NCBI GenBank assembly: GCA_963816145.1
Contig: CAWFJP010000011.1
Location: forward strand, 256,001 to 320,000
Reading direction: 5' to 3'
Length of the DNA: 64,000 nucleotides
DNA from: an uncultured delta proteobacterium
Lineage (GTDB): Bacteria > Desulfobacterota > Binatia > UBA9968
A program made the translations under genes and the position numbers. The notes under the pieces were generated by a model, which saw only the letters and a program-made list of their open reading frames with translations, was not told the origin of the DNA and searched no databases. This document shows, piece by piece, positions 20,346-30,488 of this stretch; the stretch's first letter is position 1, and the number at the start of each line of letters is the position of its first letter.

Positions 20346-20940
20346 CGGTTCGCCGTCCTCTTGTATCTCGTCATCCTGATCCAAACTGATTTCCGTCATC
20401 CGGCCGAGGACGCGATCGTAGCAGTCCTCGGCCAGTTTTTTTCGTCCCGCGGAATTATCCTGATAGCGGAAGCATTCAACTTTGGGCGGGATCGTCACCA
20501 GAACCTCGATACTGCGCAGTGCTAACAGCTGCCAAAAATGCGACACGAAATCCATGTCGCCGTACCAATAAATCGAATCGCGATTGGCCGGGCTAACCGG
20601 CACGCCATCGATGGATTTGTATGCGAGAGTCGTCGGCACGATCACCGACCGGCTGCGCAGCGGCGCCGCGAGCGGCACGGTTTGAAACGGCAACAGCCGT
20701 TCACCGTCGGTCGATGTGCCCTCGGGAAATAGCAAAATATTGGCTTCCTGCGTCAACTTGCTCGTCATCTCTTGCAGCAGCAGACCCACCTGATCCTTAC
20801 GCTGCCGATCGATGAAAACCGTCCCGCACAGAACGTTCCACTGGCCGACAATCGGCCAACTGCGCACTTCCTTTTTCGACACGAAGACGATGGGGAAAAT
20901 ACTGCCGAGCATATGGCCACCCGTTTGATAATCGAAACTG
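20331..20940 (-). pseudogene. Lysophospholipid acyltransferase (PlsC-like), N-terminally truncated
   Basis: FVSKKEV..WP..G, GTVFIDR and FPEGTSTDG are present; the HxxxxD motif and N-terminus are absent, with the crotonase gene immediately upstream. Confidence 0.65.
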
Positions 20941-20954
20941 CCGAGCGCCGCGCC

Positions 20955-21716
20955 TCATCGATGGCTCCATTGTGGCGGCCGCTTCTGTAAAAAAGCCTGG
21001 ACACCTTCTTCGACATCCGCGGTGCGGAGAAGCTCATCGCAGTAAATTTGTTCGGCGCGCTTGAGCGACGCGTCGAAATCGCGCAGAGACAATTCACGCA
21101 ACCCTTTGACGGTTAGACGCATGACGGCGCCGCTCTTACTCAGGAGTTCCCCGACCAGACTCTCGACACCACATTCTAGTTCGCCATCGGCAAACACGCG
21201 ATTAATCAATCCCATCGCATGGGCCTCGCGGGCACTGAAGCGGCGGCCGGTGAGAATCATTTCCGCCGCCCGGTGGTAACCGATCAAGGCGGTGAAGCGG
21301 GCCAGCGCCACTGGCGGGTAGCAGCCGACAAGAATTTCCGGCGTGGCGAACCAGCTTTCTTCTGCGGCGACAATGAAATCGCAAACACTGGCGACTTCGC
21401 AGCCGCCGCCGAGACAGGCACCGCGCACCGCAGCAACGGTGACTTGGGGCAGGCCCATAAGCTTGCGAATCACGCCGTGAACCACGCCGAGCATTTCCGG
21501 AACCTTTTCTTTGGTGTGGTCCTTAATGTCCACACCCGCCGAGAATGCTTTCCGCCCTTGACCACGCAGCACCACTACATCGACGGCTGGTTCCGCTGCG
21601 CAGTATCGAAGAATTTCGTCGAGCTCGCGTAATAAGACGATGTCGAGCACGTTTAGAGGCGGCTGATCCCAAGTGATTGTCAACCGCCGATCTTTTTTGT
21701 CTACATTCACGCGCAT
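20955..21716 (-). CDS. Enoyl-CoA hydratase/crotonase, similar to cyclohexa-1,5-diene-1-carbonyl-CoA hydratase (Dch)
   Basis: PPLNVLD, AFSAGVDIKDH, CLGGGCEV, PEILVGCYPPVA, EGVQAFLQKRPP. Confidence 0.85.
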   Translation of the reverse strand: MRVNVDKKDRRLTITWDQPPLNVLDIVLLRELDEILRYCAAEPAVDVVVLRGQGRKAFSAGVDIKDHTKEKVPEMLGVVHGVIRKLMGLPQVTVAAVRGACLGGGCEVASVCDFIVAAEESWFATPEILVGCYPPVALARFTALIGYHRAAEMILTGRRFSAREAHAMGLINRVFADGELECGVESLVGELLSKSGAVMRLTVKGLRELSLRDFDASLKRAEQIYCDELLRTADVEEGVQAFLQKRPPQWSHR

Positions 21717-21810
21717 GTCAAATTCCTCGCCTGCTGTGAAACTTCTAACTACGTCGATTAGTCTTAAACCGAGGATCGCTACGCTTGCAAGGCGATCGAC
21801 AAACATAAGT

Positions 21811-21839
21811 TTGACAAACCCCCTCGCAGCTCTTAAACT
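21811..21839 (+). promoter_or_regulatory. Sigma70-type promoter
   Basis: TTGACA-17-TAAACT upstream of the AAGGAGG RBS of ORF 21873. Confidence 0.65.
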
Positions 21840-21872
21840 GTTGTTTTATCAGACTCTTAAGGAGGGCTTAAC

Positions 21873-22628
21873 ATGAAAAAACGAACCGCCCAAGCAGTGA
21901 CATTGGCGCTGTCAATTGGATTAGCGGCGCAGACGAGTTTTGCTGCCCCCGACGCATATGACGATAGCCAATCGAACCCGTTGAGAGTCCTTGCATACCT
22001 CACCTATCCCGTCGGCTGGCTCGCCGAGTGGACGATCTTTCGACCGTTTCATTTTCTGGTCAGCGGTACTCAAGCGCAGGAGGCTTTTTTTGGCCATACG
22101 CCCCATCCGCCCGTCCTAGCTGAACCGCAAACCGTGAACAGCTACGGAGTAGCCAAAAGAGTTCCGCTGCAGACGGTGCGAGTAGCACCGCCCGCGCCGC
22201 CACCGGTGCCAGTGCCGGAGCATGTTAAGGTCGTCGAAGTGCCTGTCGAAAAAACCGTGATTCAAGAAAAAATCGTCGAGGTCGATCGCCTGGTCTTTAC
22301 ACCCGTGGCGTTCGAATTCGACTCTGCTCGCTTGACAGACCTGGGCAAAGGTCAGGTCTATCTTGCCGCCCAACGGCTGAAAGAACGCGGCAACATGACC
22401 ATTGCCGTCGAAGGCCACACCGATAATCGCGGCGACGATAGCTATAATCAAAAGCTTGGCTTACAGCGCGCTCAAACAGTCATGAGTGAATTGGTTTCAT
22501 TGGGCATCGAGCCGAGCCGCATGTCGACCACTAGTATCGGCGAAAGCAAACCGCTGATCGAACAAGATACGGCTTGGGCGCGTGCGATCAATCGCCGAGT
22601 CGAGTTTCAAGTGCGGGCAGCGAAATAA
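21873..22628 (+). CDS. OmpA-like peptidoglycan-binding protein with small N-terminal domain and Pro-rich linker
   Basis: Signal peptide; FEFDS, VEGHTDNRG...YNQKLG.QRA, NRRVE. Confidence 0.88.
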   Translation: MKKRTAQAVTLALSIGLAAQTSFAAPDAYDDSQSNPLRVLAYLTYPVGWLAEWTIFRPFHFLVSGTQAQEAFFGHTPHPPVLAEPQTVNSYGVAKRVPLQTVRVAPPAPPPVPVPEHVKVVEVPVEKTVIQEKIVEVDRLVFTPVAFEFDSARLTDLGKGQVYLAAQRLKERGNMTIAVEGHTDNRGDDSYNQKLGLQRAQTVMSELVSLGIEPSRMSTTSIGESKPLIEQDTAWARAINRRVEFQVRAAK

Positions 22629-22650
22629 CCTTAGAATCTCCGCGACAGCG

Positions 22651-22682
22651 AGCCCAGCCGAACCATTCGGCTGGGCTTTTTT
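22651..22682 (+). terminator. Intrinsic terminator
   Basis: AGCCCAGCCGAA-CCA-TTCGGCTGGGCT followed by TTTTT. Confidence 0.85.
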
Positions 22683-22721
22683 ATGGCCGCCGTTCGGGTA
22701 GAGTAAGAGCGATATCAGCCC

Positions 22722-23336
22722 ATGGCCTACATACCTCAAGACCGCTTTTTCAAGAAAGCTAAACAGGACGGCTATCGCTCCCGCGCCGCGTATAAACTAG
22801 TCGAACTGCAACAGCGCTTACGCTTGATAAATACCGGCGACAAGGTTGTCGATCTCGGCGCGGCGCCAGGGGGGTGGTTGCAGGTAGCAGCCAAGCTGGT
22901 CGGCCCGACCGGCAGAGTCATCGGCGTCGATCTACAACCGATTCAGCCGTTTCAAGAGCGCAACATCGTGTTGATTCAAGGCGATGTCTTGACCGGTGAA
23001 ATCCAAGGCAAGATTAAAGAGCTATTGGACGGCATGGCGCACTGCGTGCTCTCGGATATGGCACCGAAACTCAGCGGTATTCGTGACGCCGACATGGCGC
23101 GCTGCCAAGAACTCAATCGCCTGGCGCTCAACGTCGCCAAAGAGTTACTGCGCCCCGGTGGTGTTTTGTTGGTCAAGAGTTTTGTCAGTGAAGACCTACA
23201 GTTTTACAGCGCTGAGCTGAAAAATTATTTCGCCACAGTCCAACGCACCAAACCGGAAGCAAGTCGCCAGGGTTCGTCTGAGTTTTATTTCTTCGCCAAG
23301 GGCTACCAGCCACAGATTATCGCTGTTGCGCCGTGA
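22722..23336 (+). CDS. rlmE: 23S rRNA Um2552 methyltransferase RlmE/FtsJ
   Basis: GYRSRAAYKL, DLGAAPGGW, SDMAP, ASR..SSEFY. Confidence 0.95.
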   Translation: MAYIPQDRFFKKAKQDGYRSRAAYKLVELQQRLRLINTGDKVVDLGAAPGGWLQVAAKLVGPTGRVIGVDLQPIQPFQERNIVLIQGDVLTGEIQGKIKELLDGMAHCVLSDMAPKLSGIRDADMARCQELNRLALNVAKELLRPGGVLLVKSFVSEDLQFYSAELKNYFATVQRTKPEASRQGSSEFYFFAKGYQPQIIAVAP

Positions 23337-23339
23337 GTC

Positions 23340-24332
23340 ATGTCGGAAATTAGAAAAGACCCGCTCACCGGTCGCGCGGTGATTATCGCCCCCGAACGGG
23401 CGGCGCGCCCCAACCAGCTCGGCTCTCCCGACAAGGCAGACCCACCCCAAGCCTGCCCATTTTGTCCTGGTAATGAAAACTCAACACCGCCGGAGTCATG
23501 GGCAGATAGGCCAGGCGATTCGCAACCCAATCAGCCCGGCTGGTCAGTCCGCGTCGTGCCGAACAAGTACCCAGCCGTCGCCATGGATGAAGCCTATGGC
23601 GAAAGCTACGCAACAGAGCCGTCAACCGGCACTGGCATCCATGAGGTCATCATCGAAAGCCCGGCTCATAGCGCCAACCTGGCTGCGCTGGACGAAGATC
23701 AATTCACCAGGATTTTTTATGCCTACCGCGAGCGATTGCGCGCCTGGCGCAGGAACCCTCGCTGGCGCTACCGGTTGATCTTCAAAAACCAGGGCGCGCG
23801 CGCCGGCGCCACCTTCGAACATGCGCATGCGCAGTTGATCGCATTACCGTTCGTGCCCGCCGATGTTGAAAATGAACTCGCCAGCGCCTGTGCATACCAC
23901 CGGCGCAGCGCCCGCTGTTATTATTGCGCGCTGATCGGACATGAGCTGCAAGCACAAACACGCGTGGTCAGGAGCAGCGCAGAATTCATCGCGCTTTGTC
24001 CCTTGGCGCCGCGCTTCGCCTTTGAGACCTGGATACTACCGCGGATTCACGGCGCAGCCTTCGAGGAGTCCGAGGAGGCAACTGTTGCTGCGCTGGCTAG
24101 GATTTCACGGCAAGTGATTGCCGCGTTGGACCGTCTTCGGGCCAATCCACCGTTCAATTACTTTATTCAGTCGCTGTCTTTGGATGAAAGTGAGCTGGCG
24201 CACTACCATTGGCAGCTGCGCTTGCTGCCGCAGTTTTCTCGGGCCGCCGGTTTCGAATGGGGCTCGGGTATGCACATCAACCCGGTAGCGCCGGAAGACG
24301 CGGCGCGGATGTTACGCGACGCGGCGATCTAA
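23340..24332 (+). CDS. galT: Galactose-1-phosphate uridylyltransferase
   Basis: CPFCPGNE, NKYPA, HEVIIESPAH, FKNQG..AGA, HAHAQ, AGFEWG. Confidence 0.9.
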   Translation: MSEIRKDPLTGRAVIIAPERAARPNQLGSPDKADPPQACPFCPGNENSTPPESWADRPGDSQPNQPGWSVRVVPNKYPAVAMDEAYGESYATEPSTGTGIHEVIIESPAHSANLAALDEDQFTRIFYAYRERLRAWRRNPRWRYRLIFKNQGARAGATFEHAHAQLIALPFVPADVENELASACAYHRRSARCYYCALIGHELQAQTRVVRSSAEFIALCPLAPRFAFETWILPRIHGAAFEESEEATVAALARISRQVIAALDRLRANPPFNYFIQSLSLDESELAHYHWQLRLLPQFSRAAGFEWGSGMHINPVAPEDAARMLRDAAI

Positions 24333-25580
24333 GCCTTCAGCGGGCGCGCCGCCGCGGGCCTGCCGTTGCTGGTAAAGTAGCACCGAAGCCGCAATCGCGC
24401 AAAAAGCGCCGGAGATGGTAATTGCCCGTGGCGTACCGATCAGATGGGCGACGCTGCCGATAAACAGCGTGCCAAACGACCACAATCCCTTGTCCATGAA
24501 AAACAGGCTGAGCATGCGGCCGAGATACTGCGGCGGAGTTTCCATTTGCACGATAGAGTTCGCCACGGCGCGAAAAGCGATGTTGCTGGCGCCGACGAAG
24601 ATAAGAAACAACATCGAAAGATAGACCGAGCGGGAAAATGAAAACAGCATCAGCGAGATCGAGAACGCTAACACCGCCGTGGCGACGAAATGAAGACGTC
24701 TTCGCAATCGGCCAAGCGAGGCGATCCCCAACCCGGCAAAAACAGCGCCCATCCCCGGCGCCGCGAGCAACAAACCGAACGTCGTTGGCCCGGCATGGAG
24801 CACGTCGGTGGCGAACACGGGCAAGAAACGCGAATACGGCGTACCGACCAGCGCGATGCCATAGGTAAGCAGAATGACCGATAGCAGCCGCCGCTCGCCG
24901 CGCAGAAAGCGATACCCTTCGCAGACCTCCTGCCAGAAGCGTGTTTCCTCAGCGACCTTGGCTTTCCCCGGAGGAATTTCCATGACCACCAATGTGACGA
25001 TAATCGCAAAAAAACTCACGGCGTTGACCAGCAGGCAGCCGGCGATGCCGATCACACCGATCAGCACGCCGCCCAAGGAAGGGCCGATGATCTTGGCCAA
25101 ATTGGCCAGCGAAGAGTTGAGCGCGATGGCATTCATCAAATCCTCGCGCGGCACGATGTTGTTGATCAGGGAATGGCGCGCTGTTTGATTGAGCGAATTC
25201 ACCGTGCCGAGGAAAAGCACTAGAACCAGTACATGCCAGAACTCGACCCCGCCGAATTGAACCAGAGCCCAGAAAGTAAACGCCTGAGCCATGGCTAAAA
25301 ATTGCGTGCATAACAGCAGTCGGCGCCGTTCGACACGGTCGACGATGGCGCCGCCGATGGCACCCAAGAGCAAGCGCGGCAAAGCCTGGGCAAAACCGAC
25401 GATACCGAGAAGAAACGGCGATTTGGTCATCTGCCAGACGAGCCAGCTCTGTGCCATCGCCTGAATGAAATCGCCGACATGGGACAGGCTGGTGCCGCAG
25501 AAGAGCAGACGAAAATTGCGATGCTTGAGCGAGCTAAGCGTGATTGCGAGTTGCGTCGACCCTCGTAGCCAGAGGGCCAT
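24312..25580 (-). CDS. MFS transporter
   Basis: About 12 hydrophobic segments; GAIVDRVERRR motif A. Confidence 0.9.
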   Translation of the reverse strand: MALWLRGSTQLAITLSSLKHRNFRLLFCGTSLSHVGDFIQAMAQSWLVWQMTKSPFLLGIVGFAQALPRLLLGAIGGAIVDRVERRRLLLCTQFLAMAQAFTFWALVQFGGVEFWHVLVLVLFLGTVNSLNQTARHSLINNIVPREDLMNAIALNSSLANLAKIIGPSLGGVLIGVIGIAGCLLVNAVSFFAIIVTLVVMEIPPGKAKVAEETRFWQEVCEGYRFLRGERRLLSVILLTYGIALVGTPYSRFLPVFATDVLHAGPTTFGLLLAAPGMGAVFAGLGIASLGRLRRRLHFVATAVLAFSISLMLFSFSRSVYLSMLFLIFVGASNIAFRAVANSIVQMETPPQYLGRMLSLFFMDKGLWSFGTLFIGSVAHLIGTPRAITISGAFCAIAASVLLYQQRQARGGAPAEGLDRRVA

Positions 25581-27410
25581 TATTCGACCGTAACGCTCTT
25601 GGCGAGATTGCGTGGTTGATCGACATCCTTACCGCCTAGCACGGCGATATAGTAGGCCAGCAATTGCAGCGGGATGGTCATCACGATTGGCGTAAGATAA
25701 TGCGAAGCTTTGGGCAGCGTCAAGACCCGAAACGCCGGAATCTCCGCGGCGGTTTTCGCGTCGTCGGTTAAAACAACGACTTTGCCGCCGCGCGACTCGA
25801 CTTCTTTCAGGTTGCTCACGGTTTTCTCGAAAAGGCGGTCGCGCGGCGCAAGGACCACGACCGGCATCTTGTCATCGATCAAGGCGATCGGCCCATGCTT
25901 CATCTCGCCGGCTGGGTAACCCTCGGCATGGATGTAGGAAATCTCCTTCAATTTAAGCGCCCCCTCGAGAGCGATAGGATAATTGATGCCACGGCCGAGA
26001 TAGAGAAAATCACGGCTGTGCAACAGATCGCGCGCCAATACTTTGACTTCACCTTCGAGCTTCAAGGCTTCTTCGATCCAAGTCGGCAGATGCATCAGAT
26101 CGCGCAGTAACTTACGCGCGTCCGCCTGTTTGAGCTTGCCGTTCATCCGGCCGAGCGCGACGGCAAGCAGGTAGAGGGCGGTTAATTGAGTAGTAAAGGC
26201 TTTGGTGCTGGCGACGCTGATCTCAGGTCCGGCATGGGTGTAAAGCACGCCATCGGATTTGCGCGGGATCGAAGCATCGATCACATTGCAGATGGAAAGA
26301 ATCTTCGCCTTCTTCGCCCGCGCGATATCGGTTGCGGCCAAAGTATCGGCGGTTTCTCCAGATTGGCTGACCATCAACAATACCGACTTCGGGTCCATCA
26401 AAGGCGAGCGGTAGCGGAACTCCGAACCGTAGTCGACCTCGGCGGGAATCCCGGCGATCTCCTCGAGCAAGAATTTACCGATCAAACAAGCATGCCAAGC
26501 CGTACCACAGGCAACCAGGTGAATGCGCTTGATCTGTTTGACAGCGCTGGGTTTGAGCCTAATGTCTTCCAGCGACACCTGGCCCTGCTTAAGCACGATG
26601 CGGCCGCGAAAGGTATCGGCCAGGGCACGCGGTTGGTCGTGGATTTCCTTGAGCATGAAATGCGGATAACCGCCCTTTTGCGCCGCGACGGCATCCCAGG
26701 TGATCTCTTTGACGGGTCGCTTGATCGGCTTACCCTTGCCGTCGAATAAACGATAGGAGCCGAGAGATACGTCACCGATCTCTCCGTCTTCGAGAAACGC
26801 CACCTTACGCGTGTAATCGAGCAGTGCAGGAATATCGGAAGCGATAAAGGTTTCGCCTTCACCGCAGCCGATGACAATGGGCGTGGAATTCTTAGCGACG
26901 ATCAGCCGCTTTGGATCGCGCCGGTTGAGAAACAACAGCGCATAAGAACCGTGAATCTCACGCAGCGTACGCTGCACCGCGGCGAGAAAGTCGACGCCAC
27001 GCTCGACCTTCTCGGCGACTAAATGAGCGACGATCTCGGAATCTGTTTCGGAGCTAAAATGCGTGCCGCGCTTTAACAGCTGCTGCTTCAACTCAAGATA
27101 ATTTTCAATGATACCGTTGTGCACGACGACGATGTCGCCGGCGCGGTGCGGGTGGGCATTGTTCTCCGACGGCCGGCCATGGGTCGCCCAGCGGGTGTGG
27201 CCGATGCCGATGCTACCGGTCATCGGCTGCCGCGTCAGCATGCTCGCGAGGTTGCTGAGCTTGCCCTCGGCCCGGCGCACGGTCAGCTGGTTGTCATGCA
27301 GCACGGCGATGCCCGCGGAATCATAACCGCGATATTCGAGCTTGCGCAAACTATTCGAGGATCAGCGGGGCTGCGTCTCGATGACCGATGTAGCCGACGA
27401 TTCCGCACAT
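25580..27410 (-). CDS. glmS: Glutamine-fructose-6-phosphate transaminase; apparent +1 indel near 27352
   Basis: MCGIVGY start at 27410; LEYRGYDSAG, GHTRWATHG, SQSGETADT, PRNLAKSVTVE. CTCGAATAGTTTG reads L-E-S-L if one T is removed. Confidence 0.95.
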
Positions 27411-28805
27411 TATTGTTTTTTTCCTTTCATCTGCTTGCGCTTCTGCTGCGGTCCAGCCCTCGCGGATTTTTTCTTCGCGCTGATTGAAGACGAGAGCCCC
27501 GGCGGGAACATCATGGCGCACCGTGCTGGCGGTGGCGACATAGACATCGTCGCCGAGCGCGATCGGCGCCACTAACGTGGTGTCGCTCCCCACCTGAACG
27601 CGATCGCCAATCTGGGTCTGGTACTTTTGAAAGCCGTCGTAGTTACAAGTGATCGTGCCCGCGCCAATATTGCTGTCACGGCCAATGGTCACGTCGCCCA
27701 GATAGCTTAGGTGATTCGCTTTTGTGCCGTCGCCAATATGCGCCGCCTTGGCTTCGACGAAGTTGCCGATATGAACGTTGCGGCCCAGGTCGGTTCCGGG
27801 ACGCAGTTGAGCGAACGGACCGATGATCGCGCCGGCGCCGACACGGCTGCCGGTGAGCATGACGGAAAATTTCAGTTCGACATCGTCGCCGATCTCAACA
27901 TCGGTAAGAAACGCCGTGCCGTCAATCCGGCAGCGCTCGCCGATGATCGTCTTGCCACGCAATTGGGTATTGGGACCGATCACGGTGTCTTTGCCGATGA
28001 TCACGCCTTCATCGATATAAGTCGTGTCGGGATCCTTCAACGTCACCCCGGCGAGCATCCATTTTCGGTTAATGCTCTCACGCAAGCTTTTCTCCATAAA
28101 AGCCAGCTCCTCTCGCGTATTCACGCCTAACATCTCGCGAGCATCCGCGACATGCACGGTTTCGATGATTTCCCCCTGGGCTAATCCGATAGCGACAATA
28201 TCCGGCAAATAGTACTCGCCCTGCCGGTTGTCGTTTTTAACCGCGCTCAGTGCAGCGAATAAATACGACGACGAGGCGACATAAACACCAGCGTTCACTT
28301 CGCGGATTTGCCGTTGGATGTCGCTGGCATCGTTCTCTTCCACAATTCCCGTGACGCGGCCGGCGCCATCGCGCAGCACCCGGCCGTAACCTTGGGGCTC
28401 ACTCAGAGATGCCGTAAGTAAGGTCACGACGGCTGTTTGTCGGCGATGCTTCTCAACCATGCTGCGCAAAGTCTCTTCTTTGATCAGCGGCACATCGCCG
28501 CTAAGAATCAGCAGTTCGCCGGAGAAGCTTTCAAAAATCTCCTTGGCGCATAATACGGCATGGCCGGTTCCCAGCTGTTGATCTTGGATCACCCACGCAA
28601 CACCGCCACCGCCATAAGCTCGGCGCACCGCGTCAGCGCCATGGCCGATAACGACCGCGATTCGCACCGGTGCCAGCCGTTCCGCCGTGGTCAAGGCATG
28701 GAGAAAGAGCGGCTGCCCGGCGAGCGGGTGGAGCACCTTGGGCAGCGCGGATTTCATCCGGGTACCCTGTCCAGCAGCCAAGAGAATGACTCCAAGTTCC
28801 TGCAT
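27410..28805 (-). CDS. glmU: Bifunctional UDP-GlcNAc pyrophosphorylase/acetyltransferase; apparent +1 indel near 27447
   Basis: LAAGQGTRMKS..PKVLH, QLGTGHAV, hexapeptide repeats, TCNYDG. Removing one base gives ..QKRKQMKGKKQ* with a TAATG overlap onto glmS. Confidence 0.95.
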
Positions 28806-28857
28806 GTTCCTCAAATCACAGCCACAAGCTTGAATTATAGAGTAACGACCGATTCAA

Positions 28858-29289
28858 TCAAAGCGGTGATTTGGGTTTGTTGGCCGCTTTCGGCAGGATC
28901 CCAGACACCAGGCCGCAGGCCACGGCGCTAACGGCAACGGCCAATGGCACCGGCATGATCGTCGCCACGCTGCCAATACCGATGGCACCGAGCGAACCGA
29001 AACCCCGGTCAAAAAAAAAGCTCATAGCGCGGCCGAGCATATGATCGGGACATTCCTCCTGAATGATCGCGCGCGCCAGCACACGGTAGCTGATCTGCAT
29101 CGAGCCGACGATGGCGAGCAGTGCGATGGAAAAAAAGTAAATCGGTGACAGCGCGAACAGAAAAATACTTACGGCGTAAATCAGACTGGAGCCAACCAGT
29201 AGGCGGCGGCTAGCGCGCAAGCGCGAGTGGGCAGAGAGAAAAAAAGTTGAGCCCGCAAGTTCCCAAGCGAGGCCATTTTCGACGACCAA
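28858..29289 (-). pseudogene. C-terminal fragment of an MFS transporter
   Basis: Last four TM helices (LGRAMSFFFDRGFGSLG) resemble those of 24312-25580 (LGRMLSLFFMDKGLWSFG); no N-terminal part. Confidence 0.7.
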
Positions 29290-29550
29290 GTGAATATATA
29301 CGTCGATCTCTGCCGTCAGGTCACCGATGGCAATCAGACAAAATCTTGATAACGCAGTGCTGGAGGTAGTTTCACACCGGAAAGCAATTCTCAGTGCAAA
29401 TAGGCAGGGAGACTATTCTTTCAGGCAGCGGCAAAGTCCAATTCCATTCGGGCAAGAATTTCGCCAAAAATCCTTGTCAGTGCGACAGAATTCCATTACA
29501 AAATAACTGCAGCCTGAGAACTTGTCGCAGACTTTGCAGTCGGAGGTCTA

Positions 29551-29715
29551 TTGAAAGATCGATCCGCGGCGCCGTCGGCCCAACAGAATTCACAGGACAA
29601 CTGGTGGGACTACTGTCCCATTTGCAGCTCGAAGCTCAACAATCAGAAATGCAAATATGTTTGTCCCAATCCGAAATGCAATTTCTTCATGAGCTGCAGC
29701 GAATTCGATCTCTAG
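29551..29715 (+). CDS. Small Cys-rich zinc-finger protein (54 aa, HVO_2523-like); absent from the ORF track
   Basis: GGAGG then TTG; MKDRSAAPSAQQNSQDNWWDYCPICSSKLNNQKCKYVCPNPKCNFFMSCSEFDL*; stop 35 bp before the next gene. Confidence 0.8.
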   Translation: MKDRSAAPSAQQNSQDNWWDYCPICSSKLNNQKCKYVCPNPKCNFFMSCSEFDL

Positions 29716-29750
29716 CGATGCGCGCCGCATTGCGGTAAAAGACCAAAATC

Positions 29751-30479
29751 ATGGCGAAAACAGCCGGCATCGTCATCATCGGCAACGAGGTCCTGTCGGG
29801 CAAGACCCAGGACATCAACTCACACTTTTTCTGCACCGAGCTGCGGCAACTGGGCGTCGAGGTACAAAAGATCTCCACCATCCAGGACGAGATCCCGCTA
29901 ATCGGCAAGGAAGTCGCCGAGTTTTCCCATCGCTTTGACTTCGTTTTCACCTCAGGCGGCGTCGGCCCGACCCATGACGATGTCACCATCGAAGGCATCG
30001 CCCATGGTTTCGGTGTCAAAGTCGTGCGCCATCCGGACATCGAAGCGCGCATGCGGCGGCGCCTGGGCGTGGATTTGAACGAAGCGCGCCTGCGCATGGC
30101 CAACGTCCCAGAAGGCGCTACGCTCTTGTGCGCCGACGCGCCGTTCGCGCCGATCGTGCAGATGCGCAATGTCTATGTTTTCCCCGGCATCCCGAAGATA
30201 CTCCAGGAGCGCTTTCTTAGCATCAAAGAACAGTTTCGCGACGCGCCCTACTATCTCAAAAATGTTTACGTGCGCCACGGCGAAGGCATCATCGCCACCA
30301 TGCTTAACGACCTGTTGGTGAAATATCCCGATCTCATGTTGGGCTCCTATCCGGTGCTCGACCTCCCAGACTACAAGGTCAAGGTCACCTTGGAGTCGAA
30401 AGACCAGAAATATTTGACTCGGGCGCTGGAAGCCTTCGTCTCCTCCCTGCCAAAGGACAGCGTCCACCGCATCGACTAG
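29751..30479 (+). CDS. CinA-N/molybdopterin-binding-domain protein (COG1058; putative ADP-ribose/FAD pyrophosphatase)
   Basis: IIGNEVLSGKTQDIN, TSGGVGPTHDDVT, FPGIP, GSYP. Confidence 0.88.
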   Translation: MAKTAGIVIIGNEVLSGKTQDINSHFFCTELRQLGVEVQKISTIQDEIPLIGKEVAEFSHRFDFVFTSGGVGPTHDDVTIEGIAHGFGVKVVRHPDIEARMRRRLGVDLNEARLRMANVPEGATLLCADAPFAPIVQMRNVYVFPGIPKILQERFLSIKEQFRDAPYYLKNVYVRHGEGIIATMLNDLLVKYPDLMLGSYPVLDLPDYKVKVTLESKDQKYLTRALEAFVSSLPKDSVHRID

Positions 30480-30488
30480 CTCGCGCGA

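Noticed and set aside
27351-28814. Apparent GlmU-GlmS N-terminal fusion or programmed frameshift
   Set aside because: Two single-base insertions explain it, there is no slippery heptamer at the inferred sites, and GlmS needs a free N-terminal Cys.
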